64,000 nucleotides of DNA, taken from the NCBI GenBank assembly GCA_002633005.1, contig NMRA01000002.1:3075181-3139180 (forward strand), read 5' to 3'. A program made the translations under genes and the position numbers. The notes beneath the pieces were generated by a model. That model was not told the DNA's origin, did no database searches, and was given only the letters and a program-made list of their open reading frames with translations. This DNA comes from Phoronis australis. Its lineage: Eukaryota > Animalia > Phoronida. This document shows positions 1 through 13,833 of this stretch, piece after piece; within the stretch, counting starts at the first letter, position 1, and every line of letters begins with the position of its first letter.

Positions 1-189
1 TATTTGCTGAAAACCTCGACGTGTCTAAAACTTTCAACCACACGGCGCAATTTTTGTAAAACACGCTTGCACAATGTAAAGTAATTCGGTTACTTTTTCT
101 TAAAAGGTTTATTTTAAGCTTAACAGTTGTAAACCGCATTCAGTTTTCGTATCAAATATTCAAATTAGAATCTAATAAGTACTACTTAT

Positions 190-368
190 TAGGCGGATTT
201 AGGGGGGGGGCAGGGAGCCCGCCCACCCCCCATGGCTGCCGCAAAAAAATAAAACAGTAAGAGCGTAGGGAAATGTTGAGTTTATTAATCAACCCCGGTA
301 ATTAAAATTATACGGATGAAAAAAAGATTTAAATGTGTGCAGTTTTAGTGTGTGTGTGGGGGGGGGGC
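190..368 (+). repeat. Dispersed repeat, copy 1 (G-run-bounded, MITE-like)
   Basis: tggctgccgcaaaaaa(a)taaaacagtaagagcgta...ccccggtaattaaaattat.cggatgaaaaaa(a)gatttaaatg..tgcagttttagtgt..gggggg recurs nearly identically at 49300-49446. Confidence 0.85.
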
Positions 369-3300
369 TCAAATCCAATTTCAAGTGTCAAATTCGGAAC
401 ACGGCGCATTCGTAACGGAACTATGGCTAAGCTCTCCGCGATATCCCAGGCGACCGGCAGTGGCGCTGCGCACTACGACTCAGTTTCCGTCGTCTGCTCC
501 ACTGAGAAGAAAATTTACTTCATTTTTTAAAGAAAATGTAACCTGAGTGACGATGAAAAAACAGAAGCTGCTGGTAAGATGTGAATTTTAATCGAAGCCT
601 TAGTGAATCACTCAAAAACTCGCAATACTCTCTTTGTCAAACCTTATGTTAAGACGATTTCCAAAGCAATCCCGTCATTATTGCCAACACGAAAAACGGA
701 TTTGGTCTTTTGGGCATTTGAAGACTATTTTAAATACGACAAATTTGTTAAGAATNNNNNNNNNNNNNNNNNNNNNNNNNNNNNNNNNNNNNNNNNNNNN
801 NNNNNNNNNNNNNNNNNNNNNNNNNNNNNNNNNNNNNNNNNNNNNNNNNNNNNNNNNNNNNNNNNNNNNNNNNNNNNNNNNNNNNNNNNNNNNNNNNNNN
901 NNNNNNNNNNNNNNNNNNNNNNNNNNNNNNNNNNNNNNNNNNNNNNNNNNNCGCGCGTGAGCACTGAATTGACCTTGAAACAGCACAGCTTGGCAGTTTC
1001 GCCGCGTTTCTTGAGTTGGGGCTCATTTCCGTTTGAATTAACGTGGATATGGAATTCGCCGCCGAAGATGGGTCCGTTTAAGAAGTTGTTTGCATGTCCT
1101 TTCGACTGGGAGTACGTACAGTTGCGACACCCGATTTGTCAATCATAACCTTGTCACCTTCTTGGAATTCCGGCATTGTTTGGTAGGCGCGCGTTTGGTT
1201 GTTTTAGTGTTTTGCAGACGATAAAATGTGAGGCGTATGGATTTTTACTTTGCACTACTTTATGATTTGCCCATGTAATATCAAAAAAATTACGTACTCG
1301 GTGTTGTTAATCAGTGGTGTCGTAACACATTCCAGGTCATGTTACAAAAACGCATACAGTAACAACAAACATTGAATGCCTTATGGTTTAATATACATTT
1401 GCCATAAAACAAAAGTACACAAAATTACGCACGGGCTCTCAAGTGCTTTTCACGAAAAGGTGACCTGATCCTGGTTAACACCATGTTTGAATGCTGGGAG
1501 CGACGTGACGTTAAGTGCACTTTGTCTGCGTGTGACATGGTCTAGTTTTCATTAATCATTGTGTTTTAAGCCAGACACATAATCTTGATGAATATTATCG
1601 TCTGTTTCTTTACCCTCATGGCATTTCGAACCGTAGTTCAGTAGCTAACCATTTTTTTCCTTTTTACGGCTGCGTCTGACCTTTTAACTTTCACAAAAAA
1701 TGACCTGTTCTAGCCTGAAATGTACTTGGTGAGATATGCTGTGTATGTAGGCCTATCGGCGGGTTATCGCAGATCAAAGGCAAATGCCAAACTTAAACAG
1801 CTAATCACACTCAAAAGTATCTAGCAAATGCTTCACCTCGTGTTACACCTGGATCCTCATAGGCAACGTAGTGTGCAATTCCGTGGCAAATATAAATATT
1901 TCGCATACTTCCTCTTAATTCCTAATCTACGCGTTCTCATATTTCGAAGAGCCGATACATGAACGGCGTTTCTATTTACTTGGTCTGTTCGTAACGAGAC
2001 GCAAGTAAACTTCACACCACGTTCTTGACTGCTTCGTAAAGACCCAACACGTAGAGAGCGCCGTAATTCTGTTCAGCGAAAGGTCTCCCCCACTGAATAT
2101 TCTTTATCACAACACTGTCATTACGTTGTCGCCATGGCATATAATCGCGATGATCCACTTTGCATGTGCAAAGTTCACGCATGCTTTTTAACTACTCCAG
2201 TGCATAGAACATACCGTTTCATAATCCGCTAAAGAGTACAAGTGCACTTAGATACCAACTCGAACACTAAGCCATTGTCATTTTTATTTATTTAATATAT
2301 GCAAATGAATCGGTTGATATAAGCTGGAATTTCCAAGATGTATTAGCTAATTTAGTCCGTAGTTAGCACAACGGCTGAAGGTTTAAGATGGAAACCTTCT
2401 TTTCACAATGTTATTCTGGGATCGAAAAAGGTTTACCATTGCAATGTGAAATGGTAGATCGTTGCAGAGTTGTGCTTGCAAATGCACACTTGTGACTGGT
2501 CATCAAACTGAATGTAGTTGGAATACTTCCATGAGCTAATGGATGTGAACCTAAGACAAGAATTCAAAATAACCGTTAGACTTAAGTCACCTAATGTCTT
2601 CACTTGGGTTTGCCTATTGTTTTTTATGATGTCATTGCGAAATTTGATGACGCAAGTTTTATTAAAAGCCAAAGTAACAATGACTCAACGCAAAATCAAC
2701 ATTTTATAAAGCAAACAATCTATTCAAGTTAGTCAATGTCGTAAAACAATGACTGCTTTTTGGCAGACTGAGGCGAACACCCTTCAGCCACGTTGTTTTG
2801 AAAACAACAGAAAAAAGCAACACGCCCACTGTAGTCTCTTCTCTCCACAATGTATTCGTGTCAGCCGCCTGCACATAGGAGACTTTACTAAAACACCGTG
2901 GTCTCGCCTTTCTAGACTTTCTAGACCTGACAATGCCTTGTAGCCCATGGATATATCTAGTGCAGTTAATTAAAATTGCCATTCCACACACGCAAGATCA
3001 CTAAAAGCGGGTGACCGTCTTTTACAGATCAAACTATCTGATGTAAAGGTACTGAATGAATGCAATCGACATTTGAGACATTTCGCCCAATCTTATGGAA
3101 AAAGCGGTTACAAAAACTCAGGTTTCGCTTAGTGCGTAACAATAGTAAAAGCTGGATGCGCTTGATATATAAATGTTATACAACTTACGTGATGATAAGG
3201 GAAGTTATCACATCGAAATTTGTGATATGTAAGCTGATTTAACGGAAGGTGAACTTTTTAAGACGAGCAAGCCTTTTCTATTTTGACTTGTTTTAGATAC

Positions 3301-5166
3301 ATTTGGCGAAATTTTAAAAATCACAAAAGGAAACTAACGAGTCATTATATTTTTGGAATTAATATAACTGAAACCAATGTGAAGTACAAATACGCGCGAC
3401 CTTTTAGTTAATTACTGTAATGGCTTGTCGGTGAGAAAATTCATTTATGAAAATCACGTACATAGAGAAAGTTTTAACGCTTGTCTTTGGAACACTGCGA
3501 TAGCAACGGCTGCTGAACTATTTTTGACTAACAACAAAAAACTACAGTAGCAATCTTGGTAAACCCACAAGCCTCTCTAAAGAATCCTTGGTAACCTATA
3601 GGACAACTGTGTTGTGCAACGTACAATGTATGTATCAGTGTTTTGTTTCAATTCGTGACATGCAAAGGCATTTGAACTCGACTGGATTCCCTCGCGTTCA
3701 AATGCTTTTACACATGACGATGGTCTATATAATAACCAATAGTACATGTACTTGTATGAAGTATAAAATTTATACATTGTACGGTACGAGAACGTAGAAA
3801 ATCAATGGAGAGGTTTTTGATGCGTTGATACCCCGGAGCGCCGCGTGGCTATTGCAAACAATACTAAACACCCGTGCTACAAACGTACATTTAATTATAC
3901 TGGAATCAGTGCAGCACACCGATAGATTACGTTGAATGAACTTTAGGGCAAAAAGATGTTGCGTTTCTGATGTATACAAAATGTAGTAACACAATTTCTA
4001 AAAATAGCTTAATCTGTGTAAGGTAAATTTTATGATGAAAACGAATATAAAAGTAATTTACATGGTAGATTCGTCGCATCATATTTTTAATGACCCATTA
4101 AATAAGTGTTTAAATGGGTTAAGCTGCCTAGCGTCGTTACCAGCAAATCAATTCCAAACTGTAGAAACTATCGTCTTCAGAAAAAAAATATCGAGCTGTG
4201 AGTTGGTTGGTTCGTAAGTAGCATTCGGCTTTTGTGTATCATCTGCGGATGTGTTGCAGATGTACGTCGATATTTACAAGAACTTTACGCCTTTCTGAAA
4301 CTGAAGGCCTTTCTACAGTAAGCAACTTTCATGAAACATTTCTGAAACACGACCCCAAACACCATGAACCCCTTGCGACAGCATGTTTTTGAAAAGTAAC
4401 ACGGTGTGGACGTGTTCTGCAACGTTTTTAGAAACATTCTGAAACATGTTTTCGAAATCTTTGCAATAATTGACGTGTTAATGATTGAAAACTTTTAAGA
4501 AACATGTTTGAGGAATGTTTTTGGATTGAACCAAGTAGAAATGAACTTTGTGTTATGTGACAGGGGAGAGAAAAGCAAATGGCAACGTCTACAGAACTGT
4601 GAGGATTTCAGTAAGACAAAGAAAACACCTAATAAATAGGGACAAAAGTGCTAGTCATGCACTGAGACAGTCCATGAGATCTCGCTATCTTGCTGTCTCC
4701 TGCCGTTTCTCAACGGGAAATTACATGGATCAAAAAAGTTTTAACAGAAAAATCACAAGTTACAGTCTCAGTTTTAGAAAAAAAAAACAATATGCTAATC
4801 TGTATGGGTCACACGCGCTTCAGATTTTGACAATTTTCTTTAGTATACTTTTAACGGTTTAAACAAATGTGATGCAAGTGAATTTGTTACGGCCGCATGG
4901 TTCGTCTCTAGTTTGGAGTAGTTGTTGGGGCTGTAATGTAATCACTGTACGCTTTTATTCCACGTTGATGTCCGTCAAGTAAGGTAACACCACTCTAATG
5001 TCACTCTCCGCGTAAGTGATGCAGATGCTAGATCGTCGCAAATACGCTGAAATGATGAAAACACTATCCTACTAACAATTGTCTTCATATTATATTGCTT
5101 AAATGTTATTTAGAATAAATCATTATGTGAGAAATAAATATAGATAATTACATAGCGAAGTCGTGT

Positions 5167-5255
5167 TCTAGAGCCCGAGTGGATTTTGGAGAATTATCGC
5201 CCGAGGGGCGTCAGCCCGTGGGTGATAATTCTCCATAATCCACGAGGGCTCTAGA
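5167..5255. repeat. Imperfect ~41-bp-arm hairpin (inverted repeat)
   Basis: tctagagcccgagtggattttggagaattatcgcccgaggg / cccgtgggtgataattctccataatccacgagggctctaga; weaker outer arms tagataattacat (5141) / atgtaataatcta (~5279). Confidence 0.85.
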
Positions 5256-6254
5256 CAAGGGGGATAACGACTGAGAACATGTAATAATCTATTTATACCA
5301 CATACTGAACGAGAAACATTGCAATGAATCGATCTACTTTTCTCGACTGGCCTCGGCTTTGTAACTACTTTCTATGTCAGAGTCCCGGGGTCGGAGGTCG
5401 TGACCTTTTAAGAAAAGCCGAGCTATTTTTTGCCAAATAATGCTTTTACTCAAAACCAATTGAAAATTTGAAGAAAATAGAAATAATGTGAATCTATAAA
5501 TTAAGGTTTAGCAGCTATTATAGCTTACTACACATTTTATCAAGCTAAGCTTCGACCGGGAAAATATCGTCTGCTAAAGTAGGTTACTGCTGGCAACTGA
5601 GTATAATGCTCAAGTCAAAGGATCCCGACGACACGATACCCGAATTCAAATTGGAGATCAGTGATTTACAAGTGAGAGAACATGAGTGAAAAACTTCACT
5701 GGATTAAAATATCGTTTTTATGGAATTTGTGCGTCTTATTTTTCATAGCGTATAATTGTCGGTACAATGGCCTTTGTTGAACATGCGATTGTTGCGCGTG
5801 TTCATTTAAGTATTCTATTTTCACGTTCGGTGACGTCAGCCGCTGAGTGGTGCAGTGGTAAAGTCGACAACCCGAAGCTCTTGTGGTACTCATCATACTT
5901 GTCAAATCCCGTGACTTCCCAAATGAAGCAGTTAACAACTCAGAATGTCCATTGCGCGCTAGAGGTCGGAACGAGGCTGTACACAGCGTCTTGTGTTTGT
6001 CGTCCTATTTCTTATTTCCCGGCATTCAACATTTTGCAACACGCGAATGCACGTAATTTGGACAGCCCTAAAACAATACGCCACAACCTGTGCTGTGTTT
6101 CCAAAATGTTTTGTTACAGAATTTTTATTAGTGTAGGGAAGTCTTAACACGTAGGATTACCACGTTATTCGCGAAATACCAACCGCATAATATTTAGAAG
6201 CTCAAAAATCGAAACTTGCAGTATACGTTCACTACGAGAAGGCTTTGTAAAAAC

Positions 6255-6310
6255 TTAAATACAGCGCTATGACTGACCCAGATTAAATACAGCGCTATGA
6301 CTGACCCAGA
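6255..6310 (+). repeat. Perfect 28-bp tandem duplication
   Basis: ttaaatacagcgctatgactgacccaga x2 (6255-6282, 6283-6310). Confidence 0.95.
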
Positions 6311-8072
6311 GTTGAAAGGAAATTAGTTGGAATTTTGTTTCAGTGGAAGTTTCGAATCCTTCACCAGGTATAGACATGGCTCTTTGCGTATAACGGTGAC
6401 GCAGACGTATCAAGCAAAAAGGCATAGTTTGTTCTCGCCTGTTTTTTTAAGCAATATGGTGGTGTGATATTTTTAATTGCCAACTTCCTCCATCAGCCTC
6501 ATTGGTCCAACGACACGATCGCCGGTGCCCTCATGTCCACGCAACCGGCAAGGGCATTCTGCTCCAATCCTACGGGGGAGGCATTGAGTCATAAGCCGAT
6601 TGCGGCTGACTTGGCATCTTTCTTGCGTGCGTGCAATTTTTTGGCTTTTGAAAAAAATACGTCTGACACCATGGCTTATACTGATGCGGGAGGACTCCTT
6701 TTTCTTCGCTATTGAAAAGCAGGTTTCAAAATGACGAGGATCAAAGACCCGAAACAACTATGCTTTTTGGAATTATTGGTTGAATTTCATTAGCTTAAAT
6801 GTACACTATCGAATAATAAATACATTCTGTGGTCATCTGTGACGTCATTGGAGCCCTTAGAGGCTAAGAAATAGGGGAAATGTACTTTGCTATCCTTCCG
6901 TCGACCAACACATTTACGAGAAAACCAAGATCAAGCAAGTTTTCGCGACATATCGCTTTAACATTTCAAGCGAAACACGTAAACACACGTACTCACGAAT
7001 GTCTTGCGTCTGAATTACGCAGCCGTGAACGTCCATGCGTTACTGGTAATATCCCCTCAGGATCGACAACATTCTCTGTTGTTAAGCCTGTTAGGAATGA
7101 GAATAAGTTAGTTTTTCGGATAGCCGGAAACAATTTAATGCAAGTATCATATCTGAGATATTTCTGGGGTAATTTTTATTTCACCATAGGTAGTTCATTG
7201 AGTAATTGTTATTAACCTAATTTCCGAATAAGCAATTGCGTAGTATTGAACACGTTCAGGTGAGTGGTTTTTGCTTTCACTATACCATGTAAACTTGAAA
7301 TTAAAATTAAATGAAGCGAGAAGCGTAGACTTCTTGAATTAAGATCGATTTGGCTTACAAGACGGAGCCGCTACATCCCTTTCGCATTAGCATATAAACA
7401 GTGTCGGGATTATAATGGTTAAGGGCCTAAATTCTCATCGTGAATGACATTGGCTAATCGTAAAAGTGCAAGTTTGAAGCACACTTGCGCGATGTACTTC
7501 ATCCCGCTCGTAGATTTTCTCCATAATTATACGCACATCGTGATTCTGGAATATGACATTTAAGTAATGAAAACGGCAGGTTTTGGGATCTGCGATTGCG
7601 TTTAACTTTTGCAATTGAGGATTTGCAAGAATTGTGATTTCAGGTTTGCTAACTGAAAGATTGTGAATTAGGAAAACTAAAGCGTTTTTGACTTCAATGC
7701 TTATTCTAAAGGCTTCTACAGATAAAGCGTTATTCCTTTAGTATCTGGAGGCAACCTTTGTTTAATATCAATTTGGTTCGTAACGACTGGTGGGAATTTA
7801 AATGTTCTATTTATATTCCCAATACCTCCGGCAGCTAGGGAGTGATTATAAACTGAAATAAAAACATGATATCGCTATGTTGAATCCAGGCATTATGGCT
7901 ACAGTGCAATTTCTGATACTTAAAGTACACAAAGTATCCTTTGATTTTGATGTCTGATTCTTGGTGTGACTGTGGAAAATACAGCATTCATCATGTACGC
8001 GTACAGAGTAACAGGACTGATTACGTCACTTGTACAACAAAACAAAAATGTGATGGCCATGCGAACCCACAT

Positions 8073-8928
8073 CAAGGTATCTAAAATACACGGCTAGCGG
8101 ACTGCAAAACACCGTGTCGGACGCAAAAATACGACTCACGTAGCTGCGAACACAGTTCATTGACTTCAATACACGGTATCGGACTCACAAAACACGATTC
8201 ATTCACCCAAAAACACGGCCACGGACTCACATCCACTTAGAAACTCGACACACGAACCCCCAAACACGGTTTACGGTTAAAATGTAGAAATCGGCTTCGA
8301 CAGCTGTGTAACGGTAATGGGTGCGAGATTAAATTGGTTTTGATCACTGATATGTTTGTCTGTAATGCGATGTAATTGCTGTGAATTAGAAACAATAAAC
8401 ATTTTTAAACTGCTTATTTATTCTACAATTTATTGGAGTCCAAGATCTTTTTGTATCATCAATTCTCATTACTGACATTGAGAGTAGCGACTTCCGTTAC
8501 CAACGGAAGTTGCTTTCGTCTTTTAAGACATGTTAAAACATGAAATGGATCGTTCGAATTCCATAAAAAAGAACATTTGAAATGATTTTAACATGACTTA
8601 AAATATGTGTCTCTTATGAAAGTTAGCTCAAATGCGTTTTTGTACTAAACCACATTTTTAGGCAAAGGTGTTTCCAAAAACATGAATGTGATCAATTCCT
8701 TTTGTGTGAAGAAATAAACACTATTTACCTGGGAAGCCGACGAGTCCGTGTGTCGTATTTCTAAGTGAATGCGAGTCCGTGGCCGTGTTTTTGGACGAAT
8801 GAGTCGTGATTTGTGAATCCGATCCCGTGTATTTGAGTCAATGAGTGGTGTTAACAGGTACGTGAGTCATGCTTTTGCGTCCGACACGATGTTTTGCAGT
8901 CCGTTAGCTTAATAGTTTAGATACCTTG
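8073..8928. mobile_element. Non-autonomous DNA transposon with ~180-bp imperfect TIRs and 5-bp TSD
   Basis: Termini caaggtatctaaa... / ...tttagataccttg; arms stay complementary for ~180 bp; flanked by cacat (8068-8072 and 8929-8933). Confidence 0.88.
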
Positions 8929-11900
8929 CACATTACAACACTTGGCTAAGCATTGTTGATGCCACGAAATTATGCCAACACAAATAGTAATAACAAAAGG
9001 TAAATAAATGTAAAATTTGCCCAAAGGCCTTCGGGATCTTGTATAAATCATGATTGTGTGAGGTTCATAAACTTTATAGTTATTCTTTGTTCATTACTTT
9101 TGAGCTGATGTTAGTAACAAGAAGGGGTTGGAGATTTTTGTGCATTTATGAAGAGTTTCAGTGATATAATACAAATACACTTAGCACAAAGGCGAATCAT
9201 TACATTCAAGTATGACAATATCAGAACTTCTGTGTAATATTTAAACATTCTAGACCCGTTTCATTTTAGTTACAGCTTGATTAAACGGATTTTAACGCGA
9301 GTTAGTTCAGTCAAAACTTAAGCCCAAATAATACTCATTCAACACAACTCCAAATATTTTCAAGCTTAACTGAGTTTAAAGTGAGTTTTTGGCTTAATCT
9401 TTATTTTGGAGATGCTTTACTACCTAAAATGACCACCGTAGTGAGTGACTGCTGGCTGGGCACTGACTCAACTGCCGGCATATGTCGGTCTCCGCCGAAA
9501 CCCTGCCTATGTTAAAAACCGTTTTAGTAAAATTAGATAACCACAAGCAGGGTGGAAGTTACGAAGTGTTTATATTTTAGTGGTATCTTACGACTGAAGA
9601 AACCAATCCTGTAATCTCAAATGGTGAATGCAAAGGAAAGAATACCTTTAAACAGCTGAATACAAGGAATAAAACAAATACAAACCATTATAAACACACA
9701 AAACATACATCGAAATGCTATAACTATGAGGCTGCTATGGCAATGTAAATTTAACTTATTATAATAAGTAACAAATGGGTGTTGATACAAGATCAACTAA
9801 AAATATTCAAGACAAATAGGCAATTGTTTTCATAAAATTACATTTAATTTTATGGTGACAGCCTGTCCGGCATTAAGTTTAAACAATTTTGTTCATAATC
9901 TTACGATTTTTAAATGAATCGGCATGTCGAAAGAACGTTGTGCCAAATGTTATCAGACGACTCTCATTTGGAATCCGTACAACAATTGCATGTACTCGCG
10001 ACTGAATTACACATCGTGAAGCCAGTTAACTACTTATTTTAATCAGAAATTCGATTTAGTTTGGTAAATAAATGCAGACATCATTACGGAAAATACGCCC
10101 AAAATATTAAGTATTTTAATTGACTTGTCACTTGTAGAAAAGGGAAAGTGTACGCCGGGCTCAAAACCTAAACTACATGCATTTGAGCGCCAATCACTGT
10201 CGGATATAGGATTTCATCTACAGGGGGGTTCACTCCATTCACTAAGAAGAGGTTATTCGCTATAGACATAAAGCATGAAATGTCATTTATGATCGTACCT
10301 GGCCATGGTGGTTACACCCCGGAACCCTTCATAGATCCACCACTGGCAACACACGAGTCCTTTTGCACCTGCTCACGGATTCCCACCGAAATGAAACTAT
10401 TTATGCGCCAACGTGATATAGTGAAATTGAGTGCCATTTATATTAATTCTGCGGCAACATGACACCCGTCGTTTGGGGGGGGGGGTCAAAATCTTACAGT
10501 AGGTCTTGTCGTGGAAAATTAGAGCGAAAATGATGTTTACTCGTGGCAAACTGATTCCGCGCAGGATTTTAAATCTAAACTTGTCTGTCGTGTACCAGAT
10601 CAATTAGCTAGCAGAGAACCTATTAGATATTTCATTGATTTCTTTTTGATAAAAATAGACTTTTATGATGAGTTAATGAAAAGTGATGCTCGGAAATTTC
10701 CCTATTTGACATACGACATATTCTGATCCGGCCTATTGAAAAGTTTGAACCTTTTTGCTTCATTTTTCCACTCAGTAATTGCAAACCATATCCGACAGTC
10801 TGCGTCTGTCTTCGAATTACACAAGAATCATTAACAAGTTATTAAGAGTCCAATTACTTGAGTGTGTAGGCTTCTTGACTAAAATAAAAAACCGTCGCTG
10901 CCTCAAGAATTTTTTACAAGGTTTTCAAAATGCGAATGTGTACAGTCTAATTAACTACTGTAAGTAAGTTTCCGAATAAGAAAGCTAATACAGTCTGAAA
11001 TGTGACAGTATTTTAGATTGCACTGAGCTAACTGTTTGACTTGGGGGCCGGAACGAAGCTAGGAGTTACCTCCTCTCGACACATCTATGTGGATTGCCTC
11101 GATTTCAAATAGATTAGATCGCCCCGAGGAGATCCCAAAGGCGATGTATACGGGATGTTTCCCTGAAATGGGTGACACTTTCCCACCAGTTGAATACCCC
11201 CCCGGGAGATCGCCCTTTGAAGTAGTTGGCTGCCTTTTACTGACCATAAGAAATGCTGACGTAAAACATTGCATTGTTACCAATTGTTCTGAGCTGTAAA
11301 TTGTGAATGACGTCAGGTACCTGGGCTCGACCACTTCTTTCCAAGAGTCCAGGGGTATCTCCGAATTCGACGATGCCCCGTTGAATCAAGTACTACGACT
11401 CGTGCCGTGTCAAGTTATATCGTTTGTAATGAAACAGCCGTTATTTTCATTTCGTCCAATTAGGGTGGCTTTGATTTTGTGTGCGGTCTTGGTTTCGACA
11501 CCTTCATTAGATCATATCAATTATAAAGGTACATAGACGGCGACAGGACATGGGGCTATATTTCTTCCCAAAACGTTCATTACAGCACTTGACTTGTGAA
11601 ATGAAAGTGAAATAATGTCATTTTCGGACAGTGCTGTATTGAGGTTTGCCCTGTAAAGAGAGAACTAGCGTCGAGTTCGATAACACAAAAAGTACCGTAT
11701 CCGTTCTGACATAAGCCCACTCTTACTTTACGGTTGTTCTGGCGCATAAGCCCATCCCCTCTGGTGTAATCCCACACCCACACATTTTTGTGCGTATAAG
11801 TCCAGCTGCTTGGGAACAATCCTACACCTATATCTCTGTCCACCTCAAACCGACATCTTATGTAGCTTGCGCTCTGTCGCTAGGTGGGGCTAGCACAAAG

Positions 11901-13833
11901 ATGCTTAGAAAAAACATCAGTCAGCTCGCGTTTATTGCACACGCGTATCACGAAGTCGGGTGTGTTACAAGAACAATGGAATTTTACACGGATATCTTAT
12001 ATAGACACAACAGAGTATAAGCACATCCCCGTTTTGGAGCTCCCTAATTGTAAACCCACAACCTTCGAAATAAATGTACTGGCATAAAAATAGCCTGTTG
12101 ACAAAAGTGTAGAATATTTACATGTACAAATTTGACATGGAAAAGTGTTCCCGGGTGGTGAAACTTATTGTCATCACGTATTACTGTTGAAATGCGTGGC
12201 GATGTCTCTCACAAGAAACTAAATTGAAGGAACGAGTTTCTGGTTTCTTGTATGTTTCAAGGAGTCTGTGCTCGTTTTAGCAATTAAAATATTTGTACTC
12301 AAATTGTCAATGTCTGTTTGTTGATTGACTTGCACTTCATTCACACGCCTTTTCGAAATTTCCGATAGCACATGGGACGTGTCGCCGAGGTGGGATTTTT
12401 TCAGGGCCATATTTCTCACGAAAATAGGGTTTCGGATTAAAAGGAAACACTTTCGGAGTTGTATAAACAAATTAAGGTGATGTTCAGGGACCAACTCATC
12501 AACATTTTTATCAAAAAATCCTAAAAGTAGACGTGTCTCTTTTCCGTGTAAAGAGTGACCACCCTAATTTTCAGCGGTAAACCCCCCTCAAAAACAGCCA
12601 AGAACTTCCCGTGGAAAAATGGTCTACTTTTAATGGTGTCTAGTGAGAGAAGCGTCTTTTGTTACTACAGCAGGACTGCGTGACACTCGCTTATGGAACG
12701 GAAACAATGGATTCCATCCCATAAATCCACATTTCGACTTCACTGACCAATCACTCCAGTGACCGCCATTTTGATAGGATCTGCAACATCAAGAGCATAG
12801 GCTCGCCTTTCAATTGCCTAATTTTGCGTAACCTTACTTTTTCGCGACATTCTCGCGTCATCACTATGACAACGCGTGGTTTTGGCTGACTATCCTTTAG
12901 AATTTCAGAAACAAAACGAACAGCGTGATACTTTTTGTTCACAACACCTCAAAGAAAGAAAATTTTGAAGTCCCGTTTGGCGAGTGAGGCCAGTCTGACT
13001 GAAGTCACCACCAGCAATCTGAGGTCTACTCTTCGCCGGCCTTGACGATACAATCTCCCAAACTTAGTGTGACCATTGTTCGTCTTCTTTTTTCTCTTAT
13101 CTCAAAATTGTGAAGAGCATCACTCATATACCCTAACGAAATACAGTATCCTCAATGGTTTACAAATACGAAGACAATTTAACCTCTGCCGTTTAAATAC
13201 CTGGATCTTGATATTTGATGCAGTAGGGTGTCAGGTCGCCCCCGTGACCCTCTAAAAGGGTTGCACGTTAACTACATTTCGATAAATTGGAAGCTGAGTA
13301 CACAAAATCTTTTAGTTTTTTCTCAAATAGGCAGGACCTGACGGCTGGCTTCGAATTGACTGACAAGTTACTTCTAATATTTGGTTTATTGAATTAAAAT
13401 TTGAGCACGAAACTCTTTCGATTGCAGTATCTTCAACACAACAAACCAAAAATACGAAACCCTTCTGTCACTTTTTTTACAAAACTGCATCCGTTTGGCA
13501 ATACGGCAAACCCTTCGTAAGGTATTTAATTGTAAACGGCGCCCTTTCTTTGAAAAAATTTGGTCGTTAAAAACAACCATCTTAACGGAACGTCCAACAC
13601 ATATCTCCTAAGTGATCTCCAGGAATAAAATAAACAAAAGTACTTTGGAAATTTAGTGCAGGGAAAAGCCGCCTTACGTTTAGTTGTCGCACCGTCGTCA
13701 CCGTTGACAATTTATCATCGGCATTCAATAGCGGAGTTGCAATGCCGCCATATTGGAAATGGGTCAGAATGTTGCATTGTGGTTAAGTCGGTAAACAAGT
13801 ACGTCGGCAAGCGTGGGGGCGAACCGGCCACAG

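Noticed and set aside
603-1148. Long ORFs spanning N runs (also 43197-44286 and 49372-50078)
   Set aside because: Artefacts of translating assembly gaps
2433-2710. Minus-strand LAFNKTCV resembling a Penelope ORF N-terminus
   Set aside because: Only a few residues match; no LLPKY motif, hammerhead or endonuclease nearby
4330-4525. Cluster of gaaacat / atgtttt motifs
   Set aside because: Probably a decayed MITE, but no termini or TSD could be defined; not a CRISPR-like array because spacing is irregular and repeats are too short
5838-5875. tRNA-like A box (gagtggtgcagtggtaaag)
   Set aside because: No B box or cloverleaf downstream
10195-10345. Possible cagtggcggatct-type MITE
   Set aside because: Termini and flanks too degenerate to support boundaries
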